A DNA stretch of 64,000 nt from Bispira polyomma (taxonomy: Eukaryota). The stretch is taken from positions 59,396,001 to 59,460,000 of the forward strand of contig OZ287754.1 of assembly GCA_965649765.1 (NCBI GenBank). Reading direction: 5' to 3'. Below are positions 25,515 through 37,929 of the stretch, piece by piece (position 1 is the first letter of the stretch; each line of letters opens with the position of its first letter). The notes beneath the pieces are model-generated. The model was not told where the DNA came from. It made no database searches and saw only the letters and a program-made list of their open reading frames with translations. Position numbers and translations under genes: made by a program.

Positions 25515-25852
25515 TAAGCCTAGGCTTTCTTTCAGCATATTTTTATCGGCTGACATCGGATGATTTTATTAGTCATTATTTAATATTACCAAAAGCTTCT
25601 TTTCAACAATTTCCCTCGGATCAGATCACCCCATCATAAGATCACCCAATTATAATTTATTAATCAGTGAGCGAAAAAAATCGAAAAGTCAGTCCGATTT
25701 TTAAACAAAAATTAAGAAAAAAATTCAAAAAAATTCTGACACCACTTACATAGTAGATATTGGATAAAAGGAAACCTTACTTTGGCTGATGACAGCTCAG
25801 ATTTTACTAAATCGGCCGATGTCAGGATTGGCTGAAAGGAAGCCTAGGCTTA
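25515..25852. mobile_element. MITE with AAGCCTAGGCTT termini, apparently nested in an older element
   Basis: TAAGCCTAGGCTT(T/C)CTTTCAGC inverted at both ends. The right flank resembles the TGTGAATACGGCCC-type MITE end. Confidence 0.7.
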
Positions 25853-26162
25853 GACCCTTCTGTGGATACGACCCCAGAAGCTCTGCTGTGTTAGGACTTT
25901 TATAACAGTGTAATATAACCTGTTTGTGGGTATGTCTAAACTCTGCTACACTGGAGCGAAGACTATAAAATCTGTAAGGAGAAAAAGGCGGAAAAGGTCA
26001 TTCTACCTAAATACCAGACCACAAACCCCAACCACTTCTGAGATCTACTTGTCGCCACAAACAGTTATATATAAAAGACTTTTATCAGACGATCTCCACA
26101 GTAAAGCATCCGTCACGTCATACTGACGTAATGGCTGCAATAATATAAAATGTAGTACTCAC

Positions 26163-26228
26163 AGGAGAAGAGGAGATGACACAAGCGTTGGTAGGGTGAG
26201 CAGCCCTTTCTACATCCTTTGTAAGCAT
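26163..26228 (-). CDS. candidate alternative first coding exon (MLTKDVERAAHPTNACVISSSP)
   Basis: ATG plus 21 further codons, then consensus |GTGAGT donor, phase 0 (fits the 20604 acceptor). Confidence 0.3.
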
Positions 26229-26336
26229 ACCTCACTTCTTTGTCTTGTGGACTGGATTCACACACACTGTGTGTTGTTTTATATGTACAGAGTGTAAAAA
26301 TATAATGTCACTTTTTAGGTAAAAATCACAACTTAC

Positions 26337-26400
26337 CATGTTTAGGCCTGAACTGGATGGAACTGGTGGTTTTCTGTGAACTTCTGTGCTGTTCTCGTGT
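26337..26400 (-). CDS. internal exon ((K)HENSTEVHRKPPVPSSSGLNM)
   Basis: TTTTTGTTGTAG| and ATG|GTAAGT. 64 nt, phase 2 to 0 when joined to exon 33090-33207. Confidence 0.8.
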
Positions 26401-26474
26401 CTACAACAAAAACAATGTGACAATATATTACTCAGATTGTCTAGGACACTTTGACACAATGCCCCAGTGAAAAT

Positions 26475-26559
26475 TGTGGCAAAATCAGTGTGGCAAAATC
26501 AGTGTGGCAAAATCAAGTGTGGCAAAATCAAGTGTGGCAAAATCAAGTGTGGCAAAATC
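26475..26559. repeat. 14-15-bp tandem repeat (TGTGGCAAAATCA(A)G) x6
   Basis: Read directly. Confidence 0.95.
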
Positions 26560-27799
26560 CACCGTACACTGTGACGCACATAGATGTGTTGCAAACTTAC
26601 GATGGGGTTGTGAAGGTACAGCATTATTCATATGCGACCAAATCTAACCTGACCGTACCCGGTTCAGTAAATTCTACTTATAATCGTTCCGTCTAAATGA
26701 TTTTTCGCACAGGAGGTAATAATTGTAATAATGAGCTATAGGTTAAACGTACACAAAACAATCTGTACATTATTCCATCATTACTTTAGAATCTCTATTA
26801 TCCAAACATGGTAGGAGAGATAAAGAATGTTCAGGCAGTTCTGTATTTAAAAGAATAGGAAATCCTAAATTTGGGAGGAGTGGGAAATGGGCTCATAAAA
26901 TAGAACGGTAAGCTAAAAGAGGTTCTACTGTACATATAAATACCCGACTAGGTGTCATTGAACAAAATCAATGAAAACATTTTTTTAACTTTAGATATTC
27001 TCGATGCATCAGAAAGAATGTTCTGGCTTTTTGATGGAATTCTCAACTGTTAACCATTTCCTTTCAGTAAAATAAGACACAGTTTTTGTATCTTAGAGAA
27101 GCAGTAATAGCTGAATTAACAACAAATGGAACAGACTTAAAAAAAACAGGCAGATTTGTGCTGCAGTATTCATTAGTTGGGGAATGTACAAAGTTTCCTT
27201 AGGTCAGGGCTAATATTCTAGAAATAAACTTACAGATAATGCTTAAACTCAGCTCAGATGTAGGTTTATGTGTAAATAATGCTTGTATTACATGGAAGTA
27301 ACCTATACTTGTGACCATTCCTTTTAATAGAGCTTTTAACACTGAATTCAAATATAAAGTCTGTTTCTAGATACATTTACTGTACAGAGAGTATGTATCC
27401 TAGATACTTAAGGCTTAAGAAGACTGAGCTGAGTATATGTTCTAGAACACAAATCCAGAACTCTATGCTTGCTGGTATGTTCTCAGAGGTTACTCAACAG
27501 ACAGGAATCTAGCAGAAGGGAACGACTCAAAAACCTCTTAGTGTGAAGCTAAGGAAGCAGGGGTGTTTTGTACACTGAGGTTTTATTGTTCAGATTAGTG
27601 ATCTCGTGAGTTGCTAAGAGGCAAATGTTTTTGTCATCTTATTCGGCCAAATCATGCGTAACAAAAATGTTTTGTTGTTGTAAATATACCGCAAAAAATG
27701 ATGTACATGTATAGTCAAACCCCTACAAGTAGCACTCTGATAAGTGGGATTATCGGTAAAGTAGAAGTTATTTTTAAGGTCCCATTGCTATATTTCTAA

Positions 27800-29433
27800 C
27801 AAAAACGAAGCGTCCCTAAAGTTGAAATAATAATGAAATTGTTTAGTGTACAAGGTTTGATATTGTTTAAAAGTTGACATATAAGCAGAATCAGCACTTT
27901 TGGTCAATGTAAGCTCGAAAAGGATCACCATTTCCGAGATAACAGACGTTTTCTAAAAAGACGCAGAAATTGAAGATGGTTGCCCAAATCAAACATTACT
28001 ATAAAAATTTACATAAAAGAAAAATCAGCCCTATGAGTTGAAAAGGAGCTTGAAATCGCTCTATCTAGCACCGTTTCTGAGATAAAGAACATTTTCGAAA
28101 AAGACGCAGAAATTCAAGATGGCCGCCAAAATGTAACATTTTTTTAAAAGTTTAAATATAAGCAAAATCAACCCTGTGGATTGAAAATAAGCTCGAAATC
28201 GGTCTATCTAGCACCGTTTCCAAGATAAATGACATTTTCGAAAAAGACGCAGAAATTCAAGATGGCCGACAAAATTAAAATTTTTAAAAAAGTTTACATA
28301 TAAGTAAAATTAACCCTGTGGATCGAAAATGAGTTCGAAATCGCTCTATCTAGCACCGTTTTCGAGATAAAGGACATTTTCGTAAAAGTCCCAGAAATTC
28401 AAGATGGCCGCCAAAATTAAAATTTTTTAAAAGTTTACATATAAGCAAAATCAACCCTGTGGGTCGAAAATGAGCTTGAAATCGCTCTATCTAGCACCAT
28501 TTCCGAGATAATGGACATTTAAAAAAAACCCTTAATTTTTAAAATTTTTGAAATTATAATCGTTTTATATCAGTAACGATCGCATATTTTTGGATGGGGT
28601 AAAAAATAAATAAAAATTCAGGCTATTCTTTAAAAGTTTCGCGCTGCATGTACTGGTCTAAAATTAAAAATAAAAAAAATCCTCACACGCTCAAAAAAGC
28701 ACCCATCAACACATTTTTTTCCCCATTTTGTATGATTGATCGACCCTGTCAATCAGTCAATTATCACCAGATTGATCTAAAAATTTACGGACATCTATGC
28801 TTTGGTATTTGCAATGTGCATGCGAAATTTCATTGAACTATGACAAGTACTTCAAAAGAAAAGTTGATAAAAGTGCAAGATAGAGCAAAATAGAGCAAAA
28901 TACTCATTTGAAGTACTCAGTACTCATTGAGTACTGGACTTAGAACTGTGAGACTTTTACATGATACATAAAATCAAAAAGTAGATGAATAACTTATACC
29001 AAGAAAAAGCCGAAATCCCAATAGTTTCCGAGATAGCAAAAAAGTACTGATTTTTCGCATTTCAATAAAAATCAATCGGTTGGCAATCGGTCAATTATTA
29101 TCCGATTAATCTCATCAGCGTCTCCCATCCTGAAAATTGCCTTACCAAGGTACATACCAAATTTCATTAAGCTATGATGAATACTTTTTGAGAAAACCTA
29201 GTGACAAGCACTTTTATACCCCCAGGGTGATCCGACATTTAAATAGGCCAAAGTTCAAAGCCAAGAATATGAAAAAAATTTCCCACTCCTGGTTAAGAGA
29301 ACTGCCAAAAATAATTTTGATGCAGATAATATTGAAGGAGATATTCAAGGAAGACCATGCGGCGGCGGCGGCACAGGCGGCGAGGAAACCAGGGGTGAAA
29401 CCAAATAAGCGCCCTTTTCAAGGGACACTTAAT
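27800..29433 (-). mobile_element. non-autonomous Helentron-associated (HINE/DINE-like) element with central tandem array
   Basis: Subterminal inverted repeats AAGCGTCCCT (27808) / AGGGACACTT (29421), terminal hairpin 29407-29430, adjacent (GGC)n, internal 141-143-bp array, no target-site duplication. Confidence 0.7.
27905..28520. repeat. ~4.3 copies of a 141-143-bp satellite-like monomer
   Basis: TCTAGCACC recurs at 28064, 28207, 28349 and 28490. Monomers carry TTCAAGATGGCCG(C/A)C. A diverged fragment lies at ~35140-35200. Confidence 0.92.
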
Positions 29434-31829
29434 TAGAATGTACCCTGTTAAGTAAAAGTTAAGTTTAGTAGAACAAAAGTTTGTGGTCCTCTCAGATTCG
29501 ACTTAATGGGGTTTTACTGTATATATAATCCACTAGAAATATCTGTCATCAACTTTGCATACAGATTCGGCCCAGTGGGTGCCCCCTACAGTGTCAATGA
29601 TAAATAACCGATTGGCGATGTGCATTCAGGTACTGCTGTGTGTTGAAACCTTTACATGACCCAATCCAAACAGTAAAATGTAAACATAAGTAGTACTGAA
29701 ACTGAAACGGACTAGTATCAAATTTTTAGCAAAATTTGCCAAAATTGCAGCATTTCGTTGCAGTCATGGAGCATTAACGAATTCTAAGACTTAAATTAAA
29801 ATTCCACAACTTTCCCACGATCAATTTTGTTTTCCAGATATCTCACAATTTTGGAGGCCTGTTAGGATTTTATCACTTAAGATTAAATCACTCAAATTGT
29901 ATGCAGATCTACCATGATCAAGATTTATAGTGTATGGTTTCAAACTGGAGATCTACCATTTTTTGTGCTATTTGTTTAAGCGATATAAAAAATTTTCTTT
30001 GCTTCTGCAGCAAAAAACCTTTTATTGCCAATAGTACAGCGAGGTTGCATATATATAGACAGTTCCTACGTAATTTGTGTAAAAGTGGAAACAAAATCAC
30101 GATCACATACTGTCCACAAATCGAATGAATATGATACTTTATGAAGGCTTTGATTATATGACAGTAATGGGGAAAAATAATCATCAGAGATGGCAAAACC
30201 CTAAAGATTTGGGTGAATTCAGACAATCACATTGCATACCTACATCCTCGAATAAATATTTGACCCAAACATGAACTTCCTGGGCCGCCTGCCCATGAAA
30301 ATTATACCCGATAGTCTACCAGACTAAGTATATATTAGACTAAGTATATAATAATATTTATTATTATTATTATCAATTGTTTAACACGCTTTATTGATGC
30401 CAGGCATCTTCTAAAGCGCAACAGCAGAATCATTGATCCAATCGTAAAGTCAATGGGCATAGCAAGGCATAATAGCAAAGTCTACAGCAGAGTGAAGATG
30501 GTACTAGTAGAAATATGGAATAAGTAAAATTAGTGATAACAAAAGACTGCTATACTCTACCTTGTTAATAGTGTAACACAGCCCAGGCAGTAGGAAGTCG
30601 TCCTCATGCACGTTAGTCAACATCAAAACAGCAACAACTTGGGGGTCAAAAACAACCTCTCACAAAAAATTCCAACATAAAGCAGCCAGTAGGGCGTTTA
30701 TGATGAGGAGGTTGACATGCATAAATAGTGGACGCACATTGAACAAACACAAACTTCCTCTCACTTTAGTCAAAAACAAAAAACAACGTCATTGAATATC
30801 ACCGATAGAAGCCATTTGACGCGGCTACGAAAAAATTACCTAAACCAGGCAAAAATAAGTAGCGCAGCAATTATACTCATTATATATATATGGAGTGCAA
30901 ATGATAGGGCTTTATTGTACCAGTTTTTCGTTCTTTCAATGCGTGTATGTGTTTCTATATACATCAGTGGTTCAGTTGCTAATTTTTGGCATCATCTGGT
31001 GAACAATAGAAGTAAGGCGAGACATACCAGAGTAATTGTGTCCAGTAATAAGAGACAACTTATAGGGACAATTACTGGTATACTAAGACACCAGTATTAA
31101 TGAGACACCAAAGTCTTTAGCTGCTACAACAATAGTGTGATTTCAACTGACTGTATCATCTACTACTAATGAGCCTATTCAATTAAGTTGACATAAAGAC
31201 ATAAACATGCATGGTTTTTGAAAAAAAAAAACCCATTTCATTCAGGAAATATATATATCAATAATAGCACTTTTATAGCAGTGAAAAAAGCACAAAAAAC
31301 CCTGGAAGTGTTAATATTGTAACAATGATAATCTGGTCAACCAGCAATGTTCTAGTCTATGGATGGGACGGCTAACTGAAAACCCCAAAAACTGTATTAG
31401 TTCAAAAATACAACCCGGAAAACTCTCACCTTAGTATGAGCATTGAATTGATACAATATTATAAATCACAAAGTTCAAGGTTGTTTGTCTGATGTGTACA
31501 AGATTTTAAACCTACTTATTTATTGAATGTCATGAAAAGACTGGCATGTAGAACAATGTTTACCTGAGCTATCTGGCAAGGTACAAAATATATGAATATA
31601 TCATCCATTTCTCAATAAAAAAAATTAGCCTTTTGATTGCATCTAATACTGTCCATAAAATGCTCATACAGAAGTGAGTTGTATTAGAATGATTTGACAT
31701 GCATATACATGTACTATGTTATACACAAAAGTAGTTCTTCCCTCGCAAAACTGGCAAGGCAAAACCTACTGGTGACCACTGACTTAAGGTCTCAGGATTT
31801 GCTCCAAACATTACTGGTCTGTGTCCATT

Positions 31830-32612
31830 AATCAGTATTCTGAGTGTCTAAGGATAAGTAGTCTGGGTGTCTAAGTATCAGTATTCTGGGTGTCTGAGTA
31901 TCAGTAGTCTGGGTGTCTAAGTATCATTAGTCCGTGAGTCTAAGTATCAGTAGTCTGGGTGACTAAGGATCAGTAGTCTGGGTGTCTAAGTATCAGTAGT
32001 CTGGATGTCTAAGTATCATTAGTACGTGAGTCTAAGTATCAGTAGTCTGGGTGACTAAGTATCAGTAGTCTGGGTGTCCAAGTATCAGTAGTCTGGGTGT
32101 CTAAGTATCAGTAATCTTTATGTCTAAGTATCAGTAGTCTGGGTGTTTAAGTATCAGTAGTCTGGGTGTCTAAGCATCAGTAGTCTGGGTGTCTAAGTAT
32201 CAGTAGTCTGGGTGTCTAAGTATCAGTAGTATGTGTGTCTAAGTATCAGTAGTCTGGGTGTCTAAGTACCGAGTATCAGTAGTCTGGGTGTCTAAGTATC
32301 AGTAGTATGTGTGTCTAAGTATCAGTAGTATGTGTGTCTAAGTATCAGTAGTCTGGGTGTCTAAGTATCATTAGTCCGTGAGTCTAAGTATCAGTAGTCT
32401 GGGCGTCTAAGTATCAGTAGTCTGGGTGTCTAAGTATCAGTAGTATGTGTGTCTAAGTATCAGTAGTCTGGGTGTCTAAGTATCAGTAATCTTGGTGTCT
32501 AAGTATCAGTAGTATGTGTGTCTAAGTATCAGTAGTTTGGTATGTATGCGTCATTCTGGCTGTCTAAGTATCACTAGTCTGGTGTGTATGCGTCATTCTG
32601 GCTGTCTAAGTG
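31830..32612. repeat. 23-bp minisatellite, ~33 copies
   Basis: Unit CTAAGTATCAGTAGTCTGGGTGT. Confidence 0.95.
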
Positions 32613-32624
32613 TCTATTACCCTC

Positions 32625-33020
32625 TCTATCTCTCACTGGTTATGATGTCCTCTCTCTGTCTCTCAGTGGTCAGTGTGTCCACTGTCTGTCTCTCAGTGGT
32701 CAGTGTGTCCACTGTCTGTCTCTCAGTGGTCAGTGTGTTTACTCTCTGTCTCTCAGTGGTCAGTGTGTCCACTGTCCGTCTCTCAGTGGTCAGTGTGTCC
32801 ACTGTCAGTCTCTCAGTGGTCAGTGTGTCCACTGTCTGTCTCTCAGTGGTCAGTGTGTCCACTCTCTGTCTCTCAGTCATCAGTGTGTTTACTCTCTGTC
32901 TCTCAGTGGTCAGTGTGTCCACTCTCTAATAGTCTCGCAGTGGTCAGTGTATCCACTCTGTATCTCAGTGGTCAGCGTGTCCACTCTCTGTCTCTCAGTG
33001 GTCAATGTGTCCACTCTCTA
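32625..33020. repeat. 30-bp minisatellite, ~13 copies
   Basis: Unit CTGTCTCTCAGTGGTCAGTGTGTCCACT(G/C)T. Confidence 0.95.
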
Positions 33021-33089
33021 TACTGGTGTACATGCAGTTACTAGCATGCAGACACACGCGTAGTCAGGCTCTGAGGACTGCTGACTGAC

Positions 33090-33207
33090 TTTCCCCACTG
33101 GTGCTCTATCTTCTTGGCTTTACGTATGACAATGGGCTCGAACTTCTGCTTGCCCTCTAGATAACGCTGCTTCTTGTGGCTTACACTACCGAGCTCTACA
33201 GCTGGCG
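33090..33207 (-). CDS. internal exon ((A)PAVELGSVSHKKQRYLEGKQKFEPIVIRKAKKIEHQWG(K))
   Basis: CTAATTGATTTCAG| acceptor and AA|GTCAGT donor. 118 nt, phase 1 to 2, bridging the flanking exons in frame. Confidence 0.8.
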
Positions 33208-33372
33208 CTGAAATCAATTAGTGGACAACACTGAAACAACACAACACCATCAAACCTGGCCCACCTAGAAGCTAACGTCAGTCTAGTGACTAGGGCTTGA
33301 AAGAAAACCAAAGAAATCAACATATAAAATATTTTTCTTATATACCACATATACATGTTTGTATAGAGATAC

Positions 33373-33542
33373 ACTAAAGGGCTTTACAGACCCCACACGA
33401 CTCAATGTTTTCTTAGAGGTTTCTCCAAAGCCAATAGCAGTGTTGTGCAGTATCGTGCTGGGACCATTGTGAATAATCAATACAATATTGTCTTGTTTCT
33501 ATTTTTATGTTGTGTCGTGGGAAATCTGTAAAGCCCTTTAGT
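33373..33542. mobile_element. MITE
   Basis: TIR ACTAAAGGGCTTTACAGA..CACGAC at both ends. Confidence 0.8.
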
Positions 33543-35734
33543 CTTAATTGGATTCCCAATGAGCAGTATTGTAACCCTCCAATACCATGTCGAGCATCAG
33601 ATCAGACCTAATACCCAGGTAACACCTTTGTTAGACGTACACCTCTGGAAACGTGATCAGCTCAGAAGAAAAAAAGCATTTTCGTAATTATTACTGGACC
33701 CCCCAAAAAAGTAAAAGTTAATTAAAACAAGGTACTAAAGCACCCGATTATTGCAGTTTGTCTTTGCCAAAAATAATTTACAAAATATAAGAGTTATGTA
33801 CAAAATGCCCCAGAAGTTCTATTGAATTTTTCATTTTGTATAAATGACTTTGGTTGTTGACCTTTAAACTGACCCGACTGCAGTGGTTAGGCCAAATAAC
33901 TTTGATCACAGATAAAATTCAGACTGGGCTTAATACAATAATATTTTATACTGCTGATCGTTAGACATGGCACTGGCGAATACAGACGTCCCCTCGACTG
34001 CGATGAACAAGGTCGTCATGAAGGGGTTAAATCCAGTGAGATCAGAAATATAATCCAATGCAGTCCTCATAAAATACTCAAAACATCACTGAATTTTTCA
34101 AAAATTGCAATATTTGTGGCCATATTTTTTACAACTATTTGACAAACATCAAAGCTAACTAATTCTGTGTATTGCCTTAAAACATGAATGCTAACATTTT
34201 TGTTGATGACCTTAGGTATTCCCCCTCATATTCTCAATTTTGACTATAAATGAATTAAGAAGATGTTATGGCACTTTTGATTTCTCCTAAAGGAAAGATT
34301 TAGCACCTAAAAAGGGACTAGAATTAGATTAGATATACAAATGAGATTTATGAAAATATAAAAGACAAAATGGGTAAAATTAAACTGAGAGGAAATATTA
34401 GGTACATTTTCAGAAATATATATTGACATAATACATAAACTGTATTAAATGTTAAACATCATTTAGTAAACCACAGTTTGTGTCATTCAACTGTTGGATT
34501 AAATGCATACTAATGTGACTGTGTAATGTGGGCTAGGAAATAGAACAACTTTAACAACGTAAAACTGCTGGAAATGCAACAAGACATCTAAATCAGCTGA
34601 TAATACTTATCTATTAACTTTTAGTAGAAAATGTCTTCCACAAATTAGCCAAAAATATCTTTTATAATTAGTTGAAAATGTCATTTATAATTAGTAGAAA
34701 ATATCATCCAAATTCTTATTGTAGCCAGTTATCCAAGTATTTACCAATACTATACAAAAATGCAGTTTGAACATTACTTTATGTTTTGTTGGTCATACTG
34801 CTTTATCAACAAAGGTTGTCAATATTTAACCATGGTAAAAGAAATAAAAAATTTGGAAATGTTTCCAAGCAACCAGTGATACAAGAAAGTTGTTTTCATA
34901 GGACAAAAAAACAAAAGCTTCCCCACTAAAACACAGAAAGAGATAACATTCCTGACAAGAACATTTCTTCCCAGATATTGCACAGATTTTGTACAAGATT
35001 TGGAACAAAAACAGAAAATTGGGACATGTATTTTGAAAATAGCTTACAGATACCCTTCTGGTACGAACAAAATGAACCAGAAATGATCACAGTCAAAATA
35101 TTACATAATTATTGTTTTCTAGCAGAATCACCGGGATTTGTTTCCGAGATATCTCACATTTTGCAAAGCTACAGAAATTCAAGATGGTAGCCAAAATTTG
35201 AATTAGCCTTTTTGGGCTTCTATTTATTCTAACAGTTGGAAGATAAAATAAAATTTTCTGTCTCATTATTAAAGATAATTTTAGGTTTCTGGAAATTTTA
35301 TAGAATTCCAAGATAGCATGCGATGATAAAATGCCTGCAAGTCGGCTATATTTCATCAGCTATGTGAAATTAAACTTTTTTGTAAGGATGCTTTAAATTA
35401 CAAGACAATGCAATTTGTCTACCAAATGGTCACTTTTGTCATGGTCTTATGATCTTTTATGATACAATATTGTCAACTGATTTACAAATTAAGTATGATA
35501 CATGTTTAAAATTTATATCACTGACATAATAATAATTTTCAAAAAGCATAAACGGCCAAACAAATTGATAACAAATATAATATTGAGCAGAAACACAAAC
35601 CATAACAAATGCAGAAACAGCCAAGATTCAACAGCCCAAACCGAGCAAAGAGTTACTGTATCTCTTAGATAACAATAGTTTACACATTAACTTTAGAAAT
35701 ATTAAACAGAATTTTGATTCTTCATTGAGGCACT

Positions 35735-35935
35735 TAGTTTGAATTTAGTTGGGTTTTACATTGCTTTCGAACGTAACTAAGGTATCATATCACAACAGCT
35801 AGATTTAATGATGGCAGAAATCAGTGCTGAAGTCACTGAAAACCACTGACCTACGACAAGTACCTGACAAACTTTCCCACATAAAAGAATGAATGGGATT
35901 CGAACCCGCATTAGTGAGAGGTAAGTGATTATACA
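35735..35935 (-). mobile_element. tRNA-derived SINE (MetaSINE-like)
   Basis: Perfect pol III B-box GGTTCGAATCC, same core and tail as the 10.5-kb copy. Confidence 0.8.
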
Positions 35936-36274
35936 GCACACCCTGCATTGAGCAAAGTCTATAGAGAAAATTATAATAACAAAGATACTACAAAGAAAAT
36001 TTCCACTGTGATAGCTTCTTTATCAATATGATAATTTTTTTTGGGGGGGTGAGGGGATATAAAGATATTATTTTCTCCAATTAGAATCAAGCACTGTGAA
36101 AAATAGTGTTGTTTGCTAGATACATTTTATAGATTCCTCTTAACTTATTACAATTACTTCATTTACGGTCAAGATAAAATGTAAAGCTGTGATATAGTTT
36201 CCAATATTTCACTCCTACATCAATCACTTGTATTAGAAGAGGAATGGAATGTGTCTAATAACAATTTCTCCTAC

Positions 36275-36308
36275 CTTCTCTGTCAGACAGGCTCTGTTCA
36301 CTGGCAGT
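36275..36308 (-). CDS. 34-nt exon (TASEQSLSDRE-)
   Basis: Strong TTTTTGTTTTCTTCCAG| acceptor and AAG|GTAGGA donor, phase 0 to 1. Confidence 0.8.
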
Positions 36309-37929
36309 CTGGAAGAAAACAAAAACAACACACGCTTAGTAATATGTGGTGAGGGATTCTAACAGACTATGTACATACAGATACAGTCTATGTCAGCCTT
36401 GTATTGGGAGAGGTAAGGGACCCCAACTGGTACAGAGCTTACTTATGGTAATTATTGTACAGTTAAAATATTCAGAGAAGCTAGAGCAATATCTATAAGA
36501 TCTAGAAACACAGGAACCTATGATACTAAGGGGCTTATTAAAGGGTCAACATTAAACCTAATGTACTCGTGACAATTAGGACAATCAAGTTGTTTTTTTT
36601 TGTCCACATTACAACTCCAAGGTCAAACTAAGGTCACGCTATGACAGGGGACACTGGTAAATATATTGTGTGATACATGCATGTACTATTACATGGTCTC
36701 TGGTCAACAGTGGGCACTGGTCAAACTATGTGTGTATTACTAACTATTGCATGGTGACAGGCTAACTTTGGACACTGGTCAAACTCTGAGTGTTATTTAC
36801 TATAAAACAGTTTTCGGTTTAAATAACTTATTGTCTATATCAGGACAACTCAAGAGTATTGATGATAATACATTGTACCTCTTTGTTATTTTTTTGTGGC
36901 TTAACAAGACACTACACATGCTTAATGCATACAAATGCCAACTACTCTTGTATTTCGAAATCAATTCATACCAGTGACTGTCATTAGAGTTCAACAACGT
37001 CAAACTTTTCTTTTTTGATAAGTTATACTCAAAAAGACACACTTTAACTAATAAGTTTTCTTTTTCATAAACCATATCTGTGATAATGAAATACTGTTTT
37101 AATCTATGTAATATATACAAAAGGTTTTGAATATAAGAAAGTAAATCATTCAATATTTTGGTGAAAAGTGATGTTGACACATGTTGAATTTACTGTAAAT
37201 TTAAGCATGCACATATTTCGTTACTGTCTAATTACTTACAGTTACAAGACGGTACAGTACTTCAAACAATTATAACAAGGCAATTATTACAAGCAGTAGA
37301 TTTTATTATAGACCAAGTAAGCGGCAGTCTACACCTATTGCTCTTGTCAATCACATTAATTACATCACACAGATATTCAGTCATGTTAACCTTAAAAATC
37401 CCAATAAATTTTCCCTGATATACAAGGGGGGGGGGGAGGGGGGGGTCAGATGTATTCAATATATTGTATGTCTCAGAGAATCGAGGGATTTAGTATTACC
37501 AACAACAGTCTGGAAAACAAACCAAACTGGACATAGAAAGTGTGAAGATACTTAATTATTCAATACAGTAAGTCATATGTGTTAAGGACAATTTAACATG
37601 TTATGTTAATGTTATGTTTCTGTTTTTACTTCTATAGCGCCACATTCCATGACCAGGCATCCTCTGTGGCGCATATCCTAACAAGTGTCCGAAAGGATAG
37701 TCTGGTAGACGGAAAAAGATTCGTGATCAAAGTTCAGTGTAACGTCGTGGACAATATCTAGGTTAGGACTGACTAGAACGTGTGGTGTTAACTGTATGTA
37801 ATTCTTACATCGCAAACACTAAATCCTTCTTTTAACTGATCTTGCATAACCCTCGAAAATCTTGTTGCGATTTCAGAAAATCTAAAGTTTCTTTAGGTTA
37901 AATAATGTTGGGATTCTCCTTTCAATAAA

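Larger units (their letters stand above)
27712..29519. mobile_element. TA-flanked Tc1/mariner/pogo-type MITE split by the HINE-like insertion
   Basis: The two flanks join to match the reverse complement of the uninterrupted copy at 52810-52969. Confidence 0.8.

Noticed and set aside
29137-29436. 99-aa ORF inside the HINE-like element as a transposase remnant
   Set aside because: No Rep, helicase or DDE motifs; the poly-Ala stretch comes from the (GGC)n microsatellite.
32516-33063. Four overlapping ORFs of 98-159 aa on both strands
   Set aside because: Artefact of a stop-poor 30-bp tandem unit (multiple of 3); no splice or start support.
35890-35912. tRNA-like GGTTCGAATCC
   Set aside because: It is the B-box of a SINE head; no cloverleaf can be formed.
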